Source: Isurus oxyrinchus
Taxonomy: Eukaryota
Length of the DNA: 64,000 nt
Assembly: GCA_026770705.1 (NCBI GenBank)
Contig: JANJGN010000152.1
Span: 496,001 to 560,000 of the forward strand
Direction of reading: 5' to 3'
Under the pieces are notes generated by a model that saw only the letters and a program-made list of their open reading frames with translations, was not told where the DNA came from and did no database searches. Below, in pieces: positions 38,701 to 51,698 of this stretch. The position numbers and the translations under genes were made by a program. Position 1 is the stretch's first letter, and every line of letters begins with the position of its first letter.

Positions 38701-40860
38701 TTTCATGTGGGCGGCGCTAGCTAGACCACCATTAATTGCCTATTTGTATTGGCCTTAAGAACCTGGTTATTAGTTGTCTCCTTGAACCGCTGCAGTCCAT
38801 GTGGCCTAGATGCTCAAGCAGTGCTGTGAGAAAGACAGTTCCAAGGTTTTAACTTGGTGCCAGTGAAGGAATAGTGGTGTAGTACCAAGTCGGGATATGT
38901 GTGCCGTTTGCAGGGTAATTTGCAGGTGATGGTGTTCACATGCATTTGCTGCCCATGTCCTTCTAGGTGGCACAGGTCACTTGTTTGGAAGGTACTGTCG
39001 AAGGAGCCTTAGTGAGTTGCTGCGGTGCATAATTTAGATGATACACGCTGCTGCCACCATGCGTTAGTGGTGGAGGGAGTGACTGCTAAAGGTAGTGGAT
39101 AGAGGGCAGGGGTCGCAGTCAAGCGGGCTGCTTTTTCCTGGACGGTGTCGAGCTTCTTGAGTGTTTTATGGGCTGTACTCGCCCAGGCGGGTGGACAGCT
39201 TGCCATCACACTCCTGACTTATGTCTTGTAGATGGTGGACAGGATTTGTACAATCAGATATTAAGTACCTCGCTACCGAATTCCCAGCCTCTGAACTGCC
39301 TTTGTCGCCAAAGCACTGCTATGCATTGTCCACTTCTGTTTTGGGGAAATGGCTATCCCAAAGATGTTGATAGTGGAGGATTCAGCGGTGGTAATGCCAT
39401 TGAATGTCAAGGGGAGATGTTTGGATAAGCTTTTGTTGGATATGTTCATTGCTTGGCAATTGTGTGGCGAGAATGGTATTTGTCACTTATAAGATCAAGC
39501 CAGAATGTTGTTCTTGTCTTGCTGCAGCAGTTGGACATGTACGGCTGCAGTGTCTGAGGAGTCACGGGTGGTGTTGAACATTGTGCAATCATCAGCAAAC
39601 ATCCCCACCTTATAATAGAGGGCGGCTCATTGATGATGCAGCTGAAGATAGTTTGGCCTAGGCCACTACCCCGAGGAACTCCTGCAGTGATGTCCTGCGA
39701 CTGAGATGGATGACCTTCAAAAGCAATCATCTTCATTTGTGCTAGGCATAGCTCCAGTCAGTGGAAAGTTTTCTCCTGATTCCCATTGACTCCACTTTTG
39801 CTACGGCTCCCTGATGACCTAGTCAGTCAAAAGCTGCCTTGTCGTCAAGAGCAGTCATTCTCACTTCACATCTTCCTTTCTGCTATTTTGTCCTTGTTTG
39901 AACTAAAGCTGTAATAAGGCCAGGAGCTGAGTGGCCATGAAGGACCTCAAACTGAGCGCCAATGAACAGGTTATTGCTGAGTTACTGACGCTTGATAGCA
40001 CTGTCAATGACACTTTCCAACGGTCTGCTAATGATCGAGAGCAGACTGATGGTTCAGTAATTGACCTGGTTGGATTTGTCCTGCTTTTTCCGCACAAGAC
40101 ACACTGGGAAATGTTCCACATTGCCGGATAGATGTCACTTGTAACTGTGCTGGAACGGCTCGGCTAGCGGTCTGGCTCATCCTGGAGCACTGCTTTTGCA
40201 GTATGCAGTGCCTTCAGCCGTTTCTTGATATCACGTGTTTTGAATCGAATTGGCTGAAGACTGGCAACTGTTGTGCTGGATACCTCAGGACCAGGCCGAG
40301 ATGGATTACCCACTCGGCACTTCTGGAGTAAGGTTGTTGTAAATGCTTCAGCCTTGCATTTTGCACTGATGTGCTGGGCTGCTCCATCATTGAGGATGGG
40401 GATATTTGTGGAGCCTCCTCCCCATATTCATTGTTGAATTGTCTATCGCCAGTCACGGCTGGAAGTAGCAGGATTGAAGAGCTTAGAGCTGATCCATTGG
40501 TTGTGGGATTGCTTAGCTTTATCTATAGCATATTGATTCCGCTCATTGACACACAAGTAGTCCTGTGTTGTAGTTTCACCAGGGTGACGCCTTATTTTTA
40601 GGTATGCCTGGTGCTACTCTTGGATTGCCCTCCTGCACTCTTCATTGAACGAGGGTTTATGCCCCGGTTTGAAGGTAATGGTGGAGTGAGAGATGTACCA
40701 GGCCATGAGGTTACAAATTGTGATTGTGTACATTTGTGCTGCTTCTGATGGCCCAGTGCCTCAAGGTTGCACAGTCTTGAGTTGCTTGATCTGTTTGCAA
40801 TCTATCCCAATGAGAGCGGTGGTAGTGGCACACAACACGGTGGAGGTGTCTTCAATGTGA
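38700..40860 (-). mobile_element. CR1/L2-group LINE RT remnant
   Basis: QDITAGVPRGSGLGQTIFSCIIN; TLKKLDTVQEKAARL; same family on + strand at 54815-55610. Confidence 0.8.
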
Positions 40861-42494
40861 ACACGTGTGCATTAAGTTAAAACGTGAATTAATTGAGAAA
40901 ACATTTCCCTTGGAAGGCGTCCGAGTTTATAACCTGTGACTCCAGATTTTAATGCATTAACTTTCTGTTATTTCCCTTGATAGTTTTAGAGGTTACATTT
41001 TTGAAATTATTTCATGCAAGGTGAGTATCACTGGCAAGGCCAGCATTTGCTGCCCACCCCAAATTGCCTTGGATTGAATTGTGTCCCCTACTATTTCAGA
41101 TGGCAGTTAAGAGTCACCCACATTTCTGTGGGTCTGGAGTCACATGTAGACAAGACCAGATCAGGATGGCAGATTCGCTTCCCTAACGGATATTAATAAA
41201 CCAGATGGCTCTTTATGACAATCGATGGTAGTTTCATGGTCACCATGACTGAGGCTAGCTTTCAATAGTTGAATTAATTCCACCATCGCCGTGGTGGGAT
41301 TTGAATCTTTGTTCCCAGTGTATTACCATGGATTACTACTCCAGTGCCACTAAACCCCCGTCTCATCCTAAAATTGTTTAATTATTGAAATATTTAATTA
41401 CATTATGATAAGCCAGTGGGCAATCTGGTTACAATGTAAAGGTTTCCTAATGTGCTAACTTCTTCCACCTCAGAAAGCCCCTCTTCCAGACAGCAATCCC
41501 GCTGGCTGTAAATTACCGAATACAATTCTTTTTTATAGAAACCAGATCTTACTCGGTTTGCCGTATTATGTAAAGGGAAGGAAACGTTATTCGAAGTCGA
41601 AGGGAGGTTTTTAAATGAACAGCAGCTTAATTTAAGTGCTTGCAAACTTAATATTGTCGGAAATTTACCATTACTCAATTAAGATAAATTACCTTGTTTA
41701 ATTTGACAAACAATAGAGATTTATCTGCCGAGAGCCAGATTGTTGCACCGTTGGTATCTGTTTCTGTGTGTCTGCTCTGTGTGCGGATCAGGAATCCACC
41801 CGGCTGGTTATAAACCTTTTAGCTCATTCTCGTGTATTTCAGATAGTGCAGTTCGACACATTGATTCAAGAAGGTTGTATTTCATAGAAGGGTTAAAGCT
41901 TGACATAAAGCTTAAGAAGGCGCCTCACAAGCAAGATCAGTAACCTAGTGTCTGATAGATAGAAGGAACAACTTAGAAGCACTACATAAAAGGCATGGAA
42001 GAATCTCTAATCTGTTCAGAACCAATGCTGTTTCTGACCCACCGTCCCTTGGTGGGCCAGCTTAATGGAAAGCATTAAAGACTAGGGGGAGCTGAATGAT
42101 CTCCAGCCAATCTTTTCTAAAGTTGACATTACAGCGTATGAGAGAACATTGTTAATGGGGCGTTACCCTGTCATCTGTCTTGTGTATCGAGGCAAACGCA
42201 GTGTTCAAGCAATGTTAATGTGCATCGACGTAATAAGGTTGAAGACCTCGAGTCAGCAATATAATATAAATGGTTTCATCTCTCGTAAGAAATAACCAAA
42301 CGTTAATGAGTTTAAACTTCCATCAAAGACTGTCATTTTTAAATGAAGAGATTTATCTTGAATATCAGATAATTACTTCATAAGATTTGCCTGACCCTGA
42401 GCTCAATTTCAGAACAAAATTATTCAGCAAGTACCTGTAAAGTCCCAGAAAGCAGCGCCTGTTAATCGTGGATATTATTCCAGCAATTTAAATG

Positions 42495-42890
42495 GACAGC
42501 ATGGTGTTTCACTCAGTATCTAACACAGTAACCCATGTTACATCTGCCCTAAGATTTTGGAGGGAACATTACTCTGTATTTAACGTGTGCTACACAAGAC
42601 CTGGGGAATGTTCAATGGTACAGTGTAAAGGGATCCTTGTTCTATTTATAGCCTGTGTTGCGCCTTACCGAGGAATTTTTGATGCAGACAGATTGATGGG
42701 ACTTTATTCTCCGTATAATCAGTGCTTTACCCGTCCAAGGCGAGATTGCTGGGATGGGATTTTACTCTGTATGTAACTGGCAATGTACCTGCACTGAGAA
42801 TTTTAAATGGAACATTTGAGAGGGAATATTACTCTGCATCCAATCCGTGCCTGTACCTGCCCTGCGAATGCTGTACGAGGATCTTTACTT
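42495..42890. repeat. Degenerate tandem satellite (ttactctgtatctaacc...gtacctgccctg)
   Basis: Recurring ~60-70 bp unit; inverted relative at ~20330-20580. Confidence 0.65.
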
Positions 42891-42894
42891 TATG

Positions 42895-43020
42895 CAGTGG
42901 CAGCTTCTTTCGATACTTAACCTATTCTTTACGAAGACATGAGTACTGACAGTTTGGTGTATTATTACTCTCTCTGAGACTCACAGTGATGTGGAGCAAT
43001 CTCACCACCGTGCAAAAACT
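42895..43020 (+). pseudogene. 3' remnant of a TCR-type V with intact 23-RSS
   Basis: EDMSTDSLVYYYSL*D (DSAVYYCALRD-like), then CACAGTG 42982-42988, 23-nt spacer, GCAAAAACT 43012-43020. Confidence 0.72.
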
Positions 43021-43399
43021 ACCTCTGGACTGTCGCTGGGAGCTCCTGTCCCTTTGGGGTTGTATAGAATTGCGGGCAGATGTCGCCTCAATGTGCAGCC
43101 CACTTTCAGGCGCTGAAACATACATCTAGAGGAAGCCAGCTTAACCTCGAATCAAACTGTCACCCAACTGTTTTGAGAAGTGGTTGTGAAAACAAACTGC
43201 AGAATCCTATCATACCGATAGGTCGAGCACAGCTTCAGTCTTCTGATCAGTTGTTTATTCGCTTAATATTTCATATCAGCTGGGAGAGCGAGGCCGCTGG
43301 CACTCAAGCGTCACTCAAAGCACGCCACTCGGCACAAGGCTAATGAGTCTAAAGCTGCCTGAAGCTCAGGGACACACAGAGACAGCAGACTGACGTCAC

Positions 43400-45890
43400 A
43401 TAGAAACATAGAAACTAGGAGCAGGAGTAGGCCATTTGGCACTTCGAGCCTCCTCCGCCATTCAATATGATCATGTCTGATCCTTTATCTCAAAGCCATA
43501 TTCCTGCTTTCTCTCCAAACCTGATATCCAAAAATGTATCAAATTCTTTGTTTTTCGAATATACTCAGTGGCCCGGCCTCCACAGTCTTTTTTGGTAGAG
43601 AATTCGACAGGTTGAACACCCTCTGGGTGAAGAAATATTTCCTCATCTCGGTCCTAAATGGCCTGCCCCTCATCCGGAGACAGTGGCCCCTGGTTCTAGA
43701 CGCCTGAACCAGGGGAAATAGCCTCCCTGCATACAGTCTGTCTAGCTATGTTAGAATTTGTATACGTTTCAATCAGATACCCTCTCAATCTTGTAACCTC
43801 CATTGAATACAGACCAGGTTAAACAAATCTCTCCTCCAACTACTGTCCTGCCTTCCCCAGTATCAGCTTAGTGAATCTTCGCTGCACTCCTTTGATGTGA
43901 AGTATATCCTTTCTTAAGTAGGGAGACCAAAACTGCACGCAGTACTCCAGGTGTGATCTCACCAAGGCCTTGTATAACTGTCGTAAGACATCCCCACTTC
44001 TGAACTCAAATCCTCTTGCAATAAATGCCAACATATCATTTGCCTTCCTAATTGCTTGCTGCACCTGCCTGCTTACTTTCATTAACTGGTGTACAAGAGC
44101 ACCCAGATCCCTTTCTACATCCGCATCTCCCGATATATCACCATTTTAGTAATACTCTGCCTTTCTGTTTTTCACACTGAAGTGTATAACTTCACATTTA
44201 TCCACGTTATACTGCATCTGCAATGTGTTTGCCCACACACACGCAACTTGTCTAAATCTCCCTGAAGCCTCCTTGCATCCTCCTCACAACTCAGAGCCCC
44301 GCCCAGATTTGTGCCATCAGCAAACTTAGAAATATTGCATTTGGTTGCCTCATCCAAGTTATTTAGATATATCGTGAATAGCTGGGGCCCAAGAACTGAT
44401 CCCTGCGGTACACCACTAGTGCGGCACACCATTAGTCACCTCTTGCCACCTGGAAAAAGGCCCATTTATTCCCAATCTCCGTTTCTGGTCTGTCAACCAA
44501 TTCTCAATCCAGGCCAGTATATTATCCCGAATCCCATGTACTTAAATTTTGTAGACTAGCATCTTACGTGGGACCTTATGACAAGTTATCTTGAATTACA
44601 AATGCACCACATCCACTGGTTCTCCCTTAACTATTCTACAAGTTGCGTCCTCAAAAACTCCAGTAGATTAGTTAAGCACGATTTCACTTTCATAAATCCA
44701 TGCTGACTTTATCTAATTCGTTAGTGCTTTCCAAATGTTCTGTTACCACATATTTTTTTAATAGATTCTAGATTTTCTCCACTATTGATGTGCGGCTAAT
44801 TAGCCTGTAATTCTCTGTCTGATCCCTCTCTCCTTTTTTAAATAGTGGGGTTACATTTGCCACCCTCCAATCTGTAAGAAATGCTTCAGTGTCTACAGAA
44901 TTTTGGAAGTTGCCCACCAATGCATCCAGCATTTCCAGGGCCAATTCCTTTAGTTCTCCGGGGTGCAGATTGTCAAGCCCTGGAGATTTTTCAGCCTTTA
45001 ACCCCATTCATTTCTCACGCACAACATTTTTACTAATACTACTTTTCTTCAATTCCTCCGTTTCACTGGACCCTTGTTTCCCTAACATTTCTGGGAAATT
45101 AGTTGTGTTCTCTTTTGTAAAAGCCTTTACAGTCAGTTGTTATGTTCCCTGAAAGTTTACTCTCATGCTCCATTTTTCCCTTCTTGGTCAACCTTTTTCT
45201 CCACTTTTGCGGAATTCTAAACTGCTCCCACTCCTCAAGCTTTCTGCTTTTTATGACAAATATATATGTCTCTTCTTTGGATCCTTCATTTGTCTTGTAA
45301 GCCATGGTTGAACTACTGTTATCATTTTGCGACAGAGAGGAATGAATAATTGTTATAATTCATGCATACGCTCCTTAAATATTAGCAATTGCCTATCCAC
45401 TGTCAACACTTTCAGTTAGGTTCCTCAATCCATCCTTGCCAACTCGAACCTCGTACTCATCCAATTCCCTTTATTTAAATTCAGGACCCCAGTTTAGGAT
45501 TCAACTTCTTCATTTTCCTAATACTGAGCAATTCCATCATTTGATGGCCGCTCTTCCCCTAGGGACCCCACACAGCAAGATTGTTAATTAATCCTTTCTC
45601 ATTGCACAATGCCCAGTCTAGGAAAGCCTGCTCTCTAGTTGGTTCCTGAACGTTTTAATCGAAAAACCAGCACGTACATACTCCAGGAAACGCTCCTCCA
45701 CAATATTATTACTAGTTTGGCTTGTCAAATCTATATACAGATTAAAGTCACCCATGATAACAGCTGCACCCTTATTTCATTTTCTCTAATTTCCTGATTA
45801 ATGCATTCTCTTACATTCCCATTACTGTTTAGGGGCCTATAGACAACGCCCGCCAACGTTTTTGGAGGCTTGGTGTTTTTTATCTCTACA
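43400..45890 (-). mobile_element. Decayed CR1 LINE ORF2
   Basis: GVPQGSVLGPQLFTIYLN, SKFAD, HLEYCVQFWSP; catagaaacatagaaa tail at ~43400. Confidence 0.93.
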
Positions 45891-48689
45891 CAGGGACTGC
45901 AGACTGACGTCAAACGGACTGGTGACTGACGTCACAAGAATGCCACCGACTGACGTCACAGAGGAAGCGGGCTTCGGTCACGCGGACTTCAGACTGATGT
46001 CACATAGACTGCTGACTGATGACACACAGGCAACAAATTGCACTGCTCGCATCAGGGGTCATGGGACTAAGTAGGCTGGGGATTGTGATGGTAATGGGAA
46101 AGATAAGGACAATCAAGCAGAAAGAGTAGTTATGCAGATCGGAATGAAAAGGGATGCATATACAGAGATAACAGAAATAAACATAATGTTTCTGATAAAA
46201 TAAAACAACAAATTCTGGAAGAGAATCATTGCAGAAATTGAATGAAAGAAAGATCTGAGCAAGACTAATGGGGGCTCCTGTGGGTGCATCCGTTCAATGT
46301 TTCCATTGCCTCAATGGTGAAATATTTGGTCAATGGTGTTGCTCAGCTGAGTAAGACCTGCTCCATAGATCAGCATTATGCCTGTTCTAAATGTTTACTA
46401 AGGGTTCTGCTGACTATTTCCTCATTAGGAAGGTCGCTGCTGCTGTGAAGTCGGGGTAACGGAATTGGCATTTTTCTGTGGAACACAAGTGGACAATGAG
46501 GGACTGAATGCGCTCAGCATGACTGAGGTAAGGTGACGTAGACTGATATAGAACTAAAGGTACTAACACTGACTGAGGCTCAAGGACATAAAGACACAGG
46601 TTTCAGCAGGAAAACTGCTTGGACATCTGGGGGTTGTAATGGGAAGGTGGAAGATAGGGAGAAGCAAGCAGAACCGATGTGGAAAATTAGCCGAAAGAGA
46701 GGAATAATGAGACAGATAAAAGGGAAACAAAAAGCAGGTTGAAATAAAATAAAGTTTTGAAACTGGCACATGGAAGAGAATGAATGAAAGGAAATATGAA
46801 CAATATTTCTGAGTAGGTAAGTGAGCCACGCCCTGGTGTATTAGCTCATTGCCGGTCTGCATTTAAAGAGTCGAACTCTGTTTATATTACAAGAGGCCCT
46901 ATCACAGTTATTACTGCATTAGGACATGTCCGTGTTTATATTTCACTAGGTCCTGTAAATTTAACCGAAGTAGGGAAATACTAAGTTAAGGCTGAAAGTG
47001 AAGGGTTTATGAGTGTGTGTAAATATGTCTTTGAAGTTACAATGTTAAGGAAGAACCTAAAGAGTGTTCGTGATCCTTGTCTTTATTTTTTAAATAGAAG
47101 CATCGTGTACAAAGGCAAGGGAGTGCTGCTCGCCATCACAGAATACTCATTAGGCATCAAACGTTTTGTTAAATATTCGGCATTACATCTTAAAGAGAGA
47201 AAGGCCTTTCAGATGGATCAGAAGAGATTCATTAGATTGATACCAAAGATGAAATAATTGACTTCTGCAGAGAGATCAAAGAAATGTTGATCTTCTTGCA
47301 GCTTTGGGGTTTAAGTGGTAATATGACAGTAATGCTCAAATACATGAAGTCATTTGGGACAGAGGGTGGAAAACCGAACAGACACATTTAAAGCAATTTG
47401 CAACAGCACCAAAATCGGCACAAGAGAAAGCGATGACCATGAATGCTCTGTCTCAAAAGGTGGTGCAAGCCGACTCAATAGGATTGTTTAAAAGTCAATT
47501 GGATAAATCAATGATGTGCAAACATTTGCATGATTAAAAGAGAATTACACGAGAACTGAACCGATTTTTTTTAGCTCTTTCAACAATCTGGCACACATGA
47601 TGAGCTGAAAGGCCTTTCATGTGTTGTATTATGTGCTGCACTATTTTCTAATTCTATGATGAGACGACCAACTCTTTAAATTACCTTAAGCCTCTTTGCA
47701 TTTGTTACTGCTCTCGCTCTTTCTCAGTTAATATGATGCTAGTCCTTGTGTCAGTCATTATGAAACAATACCATGACCACGCTGTTAAATTGCATTAGAA
47801 ACCGTATCTGCTTAATTATGCTGCACAAAATTCTGTTTATTGCACATGAGACTATGTATCTACTTATATTACATAAGCTTCCATCTCAGTTATGACTGCA
47901 GTAAACCACAGCACTGAATTTGCTGCACGGGACCATGTCCATTTTTTATTATATAATGCAACTTCTTCTGTTACATTAGACTCTGTCTTTATTTATATTA
48001 AACTCGACCATTTATTTGACTATGCCATTTTTGACCATGTCTCTCTTTATATTAGACTAGACCACGTCGCTGTTTATATTACACTAGGCCCCGCCTCTGT
48101 TTCTATTAAACTATATTCCACCTCTTGTCTGTATTACACTAGGCTTTATCCCTGTTTGTAATATGCAAGGCCATCTCTCTCTTAGATTGCACTAAACCCT
48201 GTCTTTGTTTATGTTGAACAGGACCACGTCTCTGTTAGTATTATACTAAACCCTATAACTGTTTATATTATACTAGGTCAAGTCTCAGTTTATATTCCAG
48301 CAATCTTAGTTGTTATTGCATCTTTCTATATGCTTTTAAATTAACCTACACCCTACCGCGGTTATTACTGCAACAGGACTTGTCTCAGTTTGCAGGACAT
48401 TCATTCATGTTTCAGTTAACCTGACACTGGGACACGCTACGTCTCTTTCTTTTATATTTCACTTGATCTTGCATCCATTTTTATTATATACGACATTGTT
48501 TTTATTCATAATAAACTAGAAAATGCGTTTGTTTATATCACATGAATGTCTTAGCCATTACCAGACGAGACACTGCCTCTGTTTAAATCATAACGTTGGA
48601 ATTTCTGATTTTCATTTAATAACAGGCCCTGCTGCTGCTTGGCTGTATCAGTTTATATCACTCGAGGCAATTTGTCATGTGTAACTGGA

Positions 48690-51060
48690 CTAGGCCATGC
48701 CTCTGCTGGCCCATCGAGTCTGCTCCGCCAGTCAACAAGATTATGGCTGATCTGATAATCATCAACTCCAATGTCCTGCTTATTCCTCACAACTCTTGAT
48801 TTCTTGACAGGTTAAAGATCTCTCCACCTCAGCTTTGAACATATCTAACGGCCCAGCCTCTACAGGCTTCTGTGGTAATTAAGTCCACAGATTCGCTACC
48901 CTCTGAGAGAAGAAATTCCTCCTCATCTCTGTCTCAAATGGCGACTCTTTACTCTGAGATTGTGACCGCTGGTCCTGGTCTCCCACAATGGGGAACAACC
49001 TCTCAGCATCTACCCTGTCAAAGCCCCCTCAGGATCTTACATGTTTCATAAGGTCGCCGCTCATTCTTCTAAACTCCAATGAGTACAGGCCCAATCTACT
49101 CAACCTCTCCTCATAAGAAAATCCCTCCATCCCCGGGATCAACCTAATGAGCCTTCTTTGGACTGACTCGAAAGCCAATATATCTTTCGTCAGATAAGGG
49201 GACCAAAACTGTTCACAATGTTCCAGGTGTGGTCTAATTAGTGCCTTGTAAAATTTAAGCAAGACTTCCCTGTTTTTATACTCCATTCCTTTGAAATGAA
49301 GTCAAATATTCCATTTGTCTTCCCTATTACCTGCTGAATTTGAATGCTAGCTTTTTGTGATTTGTGCACGAAAGTCACCAGAACCCTCTGTGCTGCAGCT
49401 TTCAGTGGTCTTTCTCCATTTAAATAATATTCAGCTCCTCTATTCTTCCTGTCAAAGTGCATAACCTGACACTTTCCCACATTAAATTCCATCTGCCAAG
49501 TCTTTGCCCACTCACCTAACCTGTCGCTATCCATTTGTAGACTCTTTGTGTCACCTCACCACCTGCCTTCCCACCTATTTCTGTGCCATCCACAAACTTG
49601 GCGATAGTACATTCACTTCCTCCTCCAAACCATTAATATATATTGTAAATAATTGTGGCCACAGCACTGATCCCTGTGGCACTCCACTAGTTACAGTTTG
49701 CCATCAACAAAATGTGCCTCTTATTCCAAATCTGTCTTCTATTAGTTAGTCAATCTCTATCCATGCTAACATACTACCCACAATCCCTTGGGTTCTTAAC
49801 TTATTAAGTAACCTTATGCGTGGTACCTTAAGAAAATCCAAATATATTACTCCTGCTGGTTGTCCTTTATCTATCCTGCTTGTTACCTCCTCAAAGAATT
49901 CTAATAAATTTGTCAGGCATGATTTCCCTTTCATGAAGCCTTGCTAACTCTGCTTGATTATATTATGCACCTTTAAATCCTCTGAGCATCACTTATGATA
50001 GACTTTAACATTTCCCCAATGGTGAATGTTAAGCTAACTGGCCTGTGGTTAAATGTTTATTGTCTCCCTCCCTTTTTGAACAAGGGTGTTACATTGACAG
50101 TTTTCCAATCCTCTGGGACTTCTCTGGGATCTAAGGATTCTTGGGAGATCTAAGGATTTTTGGAAGACCAGTGTGTCCACTATCTCTGCAGCTATTTCAT
50201 TTAATATCCTAGGATGCAACTCATCACATTCAGGGGGGCAACAGCGTTTCGGCCCATTAGTTTCCTTAGCACTTTTCACTGGTGATGATTGTATTTATTT
50301 CCTCCCCCCTCCCCGCCATTTTGCCCTTGATAATTTCATACCTTTGGAATGTTATTAGTGCCTTTTACCGTGAAGACTGATGCAAAGTATTTATTAAACT
50401 CCTCTGCCATTCCCTGGCTCCCCATTATAATTTCCAGAGCCTCATTCTCTAACGGGCCTAGTTTCACTTTGGCCTTTTCCTATTTCAAGTTCCTCTCCAG
50501 CCCTGAGGAGATGTCCTTAACCCTGGCACCTCGCAGACAACACAGCCTTCGGGACTCACGCTCACGGATGCAGAGAACAGCATCTATCCCCCTAATTAAA
50601 CTGTTTCCTACCACTGCATTCAATTTTTTCCCACCATTTTAATGTTTCCCTCTACCACGGTGCCGTGGCCAGTTCCCCCATCCTCCCTGCAGCCCCTGCT
50701 CTCGTCCACACAGCTTGCAAGAGCCTCGTGACTCTTGAACAATTGCAGGGGCCGAGGTGCCTCGAACGCTACCCTCTGGGTTCACGCAGCTGCCTCCCTG
50801 CAGTCACAAACTCCTGTCCTTGATCACAGACCAGATTGGAATTACCTAATCTCATGTGGTGTGACCAACTCCCAGAGTAAACTGTCCAGTTAGCTCTCCC
50901 CCTCCCTGATGTGGCACAATTTCTGCAGCTTGGATTCCAGCTCCTCAACTTGGATTCGAAATTCCTGGAACTCTCGAACATTTAATACAGATGTGCTCGC
51001 TTTGAATCAACTTGGTGTCCAGCAGTTGCCACATGCTGCAGCAGCAGCAGCACATTACCT
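48690..51060 (-). mobile_element. Decayed CR1 LINE (ORF1 piece plus RT)
   Basis: KSCLTNLLEFFEEVT, WAKTWQMEFNVGKC, RPHLEHCEQFWSP. Confidence 0.9.
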
Positions 51061-51204
51061 GCCCTGCGATCAATATTGTATTTTATTTAATTTATTAAAC
51101 AATTACTCTGGTATCCCTGCTCTTTTCACTTGAAGAATCCCCCACTCTTTACATTCTTTTGGAATTAATTTTGTGGGGTGGAGTGCTGCTGAGAATGAAA
51201 AAAT

Positions 51205-51274
51205 GAAAGATAGAAAGAAAGGAAGGAAAAGGGAAGGAGGGAAGGAGGGGAGGAAGAAAGGAAGGAAGAAAGAG

Positions 51275-51305
<31 letters not shown>

Positions 51306-51308
51306 AAC
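51205..51308. repeat. (GAAA/GGAA)n microsatellite
   Basis: Direct inspection. Confidence 0.9.
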
Positions 51309-51698
51309 AATTCACAAACTCAATGGGATAAAATAGTTTTTGTGGGGTTAATTGAGTGATAAATATTGGGAAAACCTCTCTGGGTTCTCTCTATGATCGT
51401 AACCAGGGGATGATTTGTGATCCATCTCAGAGGACAGTCGTGGATTCAGTTCAGAGTTTGATCAGGGAAGACATCACCTCAGGCAGTGCAGCACTCCTTC
51501 AGTACAGGAAAGCCTGGGCGCTCAGCACTGGGGATGGGCCTTGCACCTCTGGAGTGCGGGGCTTGAGCCTTGGACTTTCCGATTCGGCTACGAGAGATAA
51601 AGTGGCACACACCAAAACACTCTAATGGAGAGGAAAGAATAAGAGACAGAGACAGAAGATGAAACTTAAAGGGAGGATACAAATATTTTATTGCTCTT

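Noticed and set aside
35071-42360. Ig or TCR constant exon downstream of the JH
   Set aside because: Searched by eye; found only LINE/SINE debris and no C1-set motifs. An HMM scan is still needed to exclude one.
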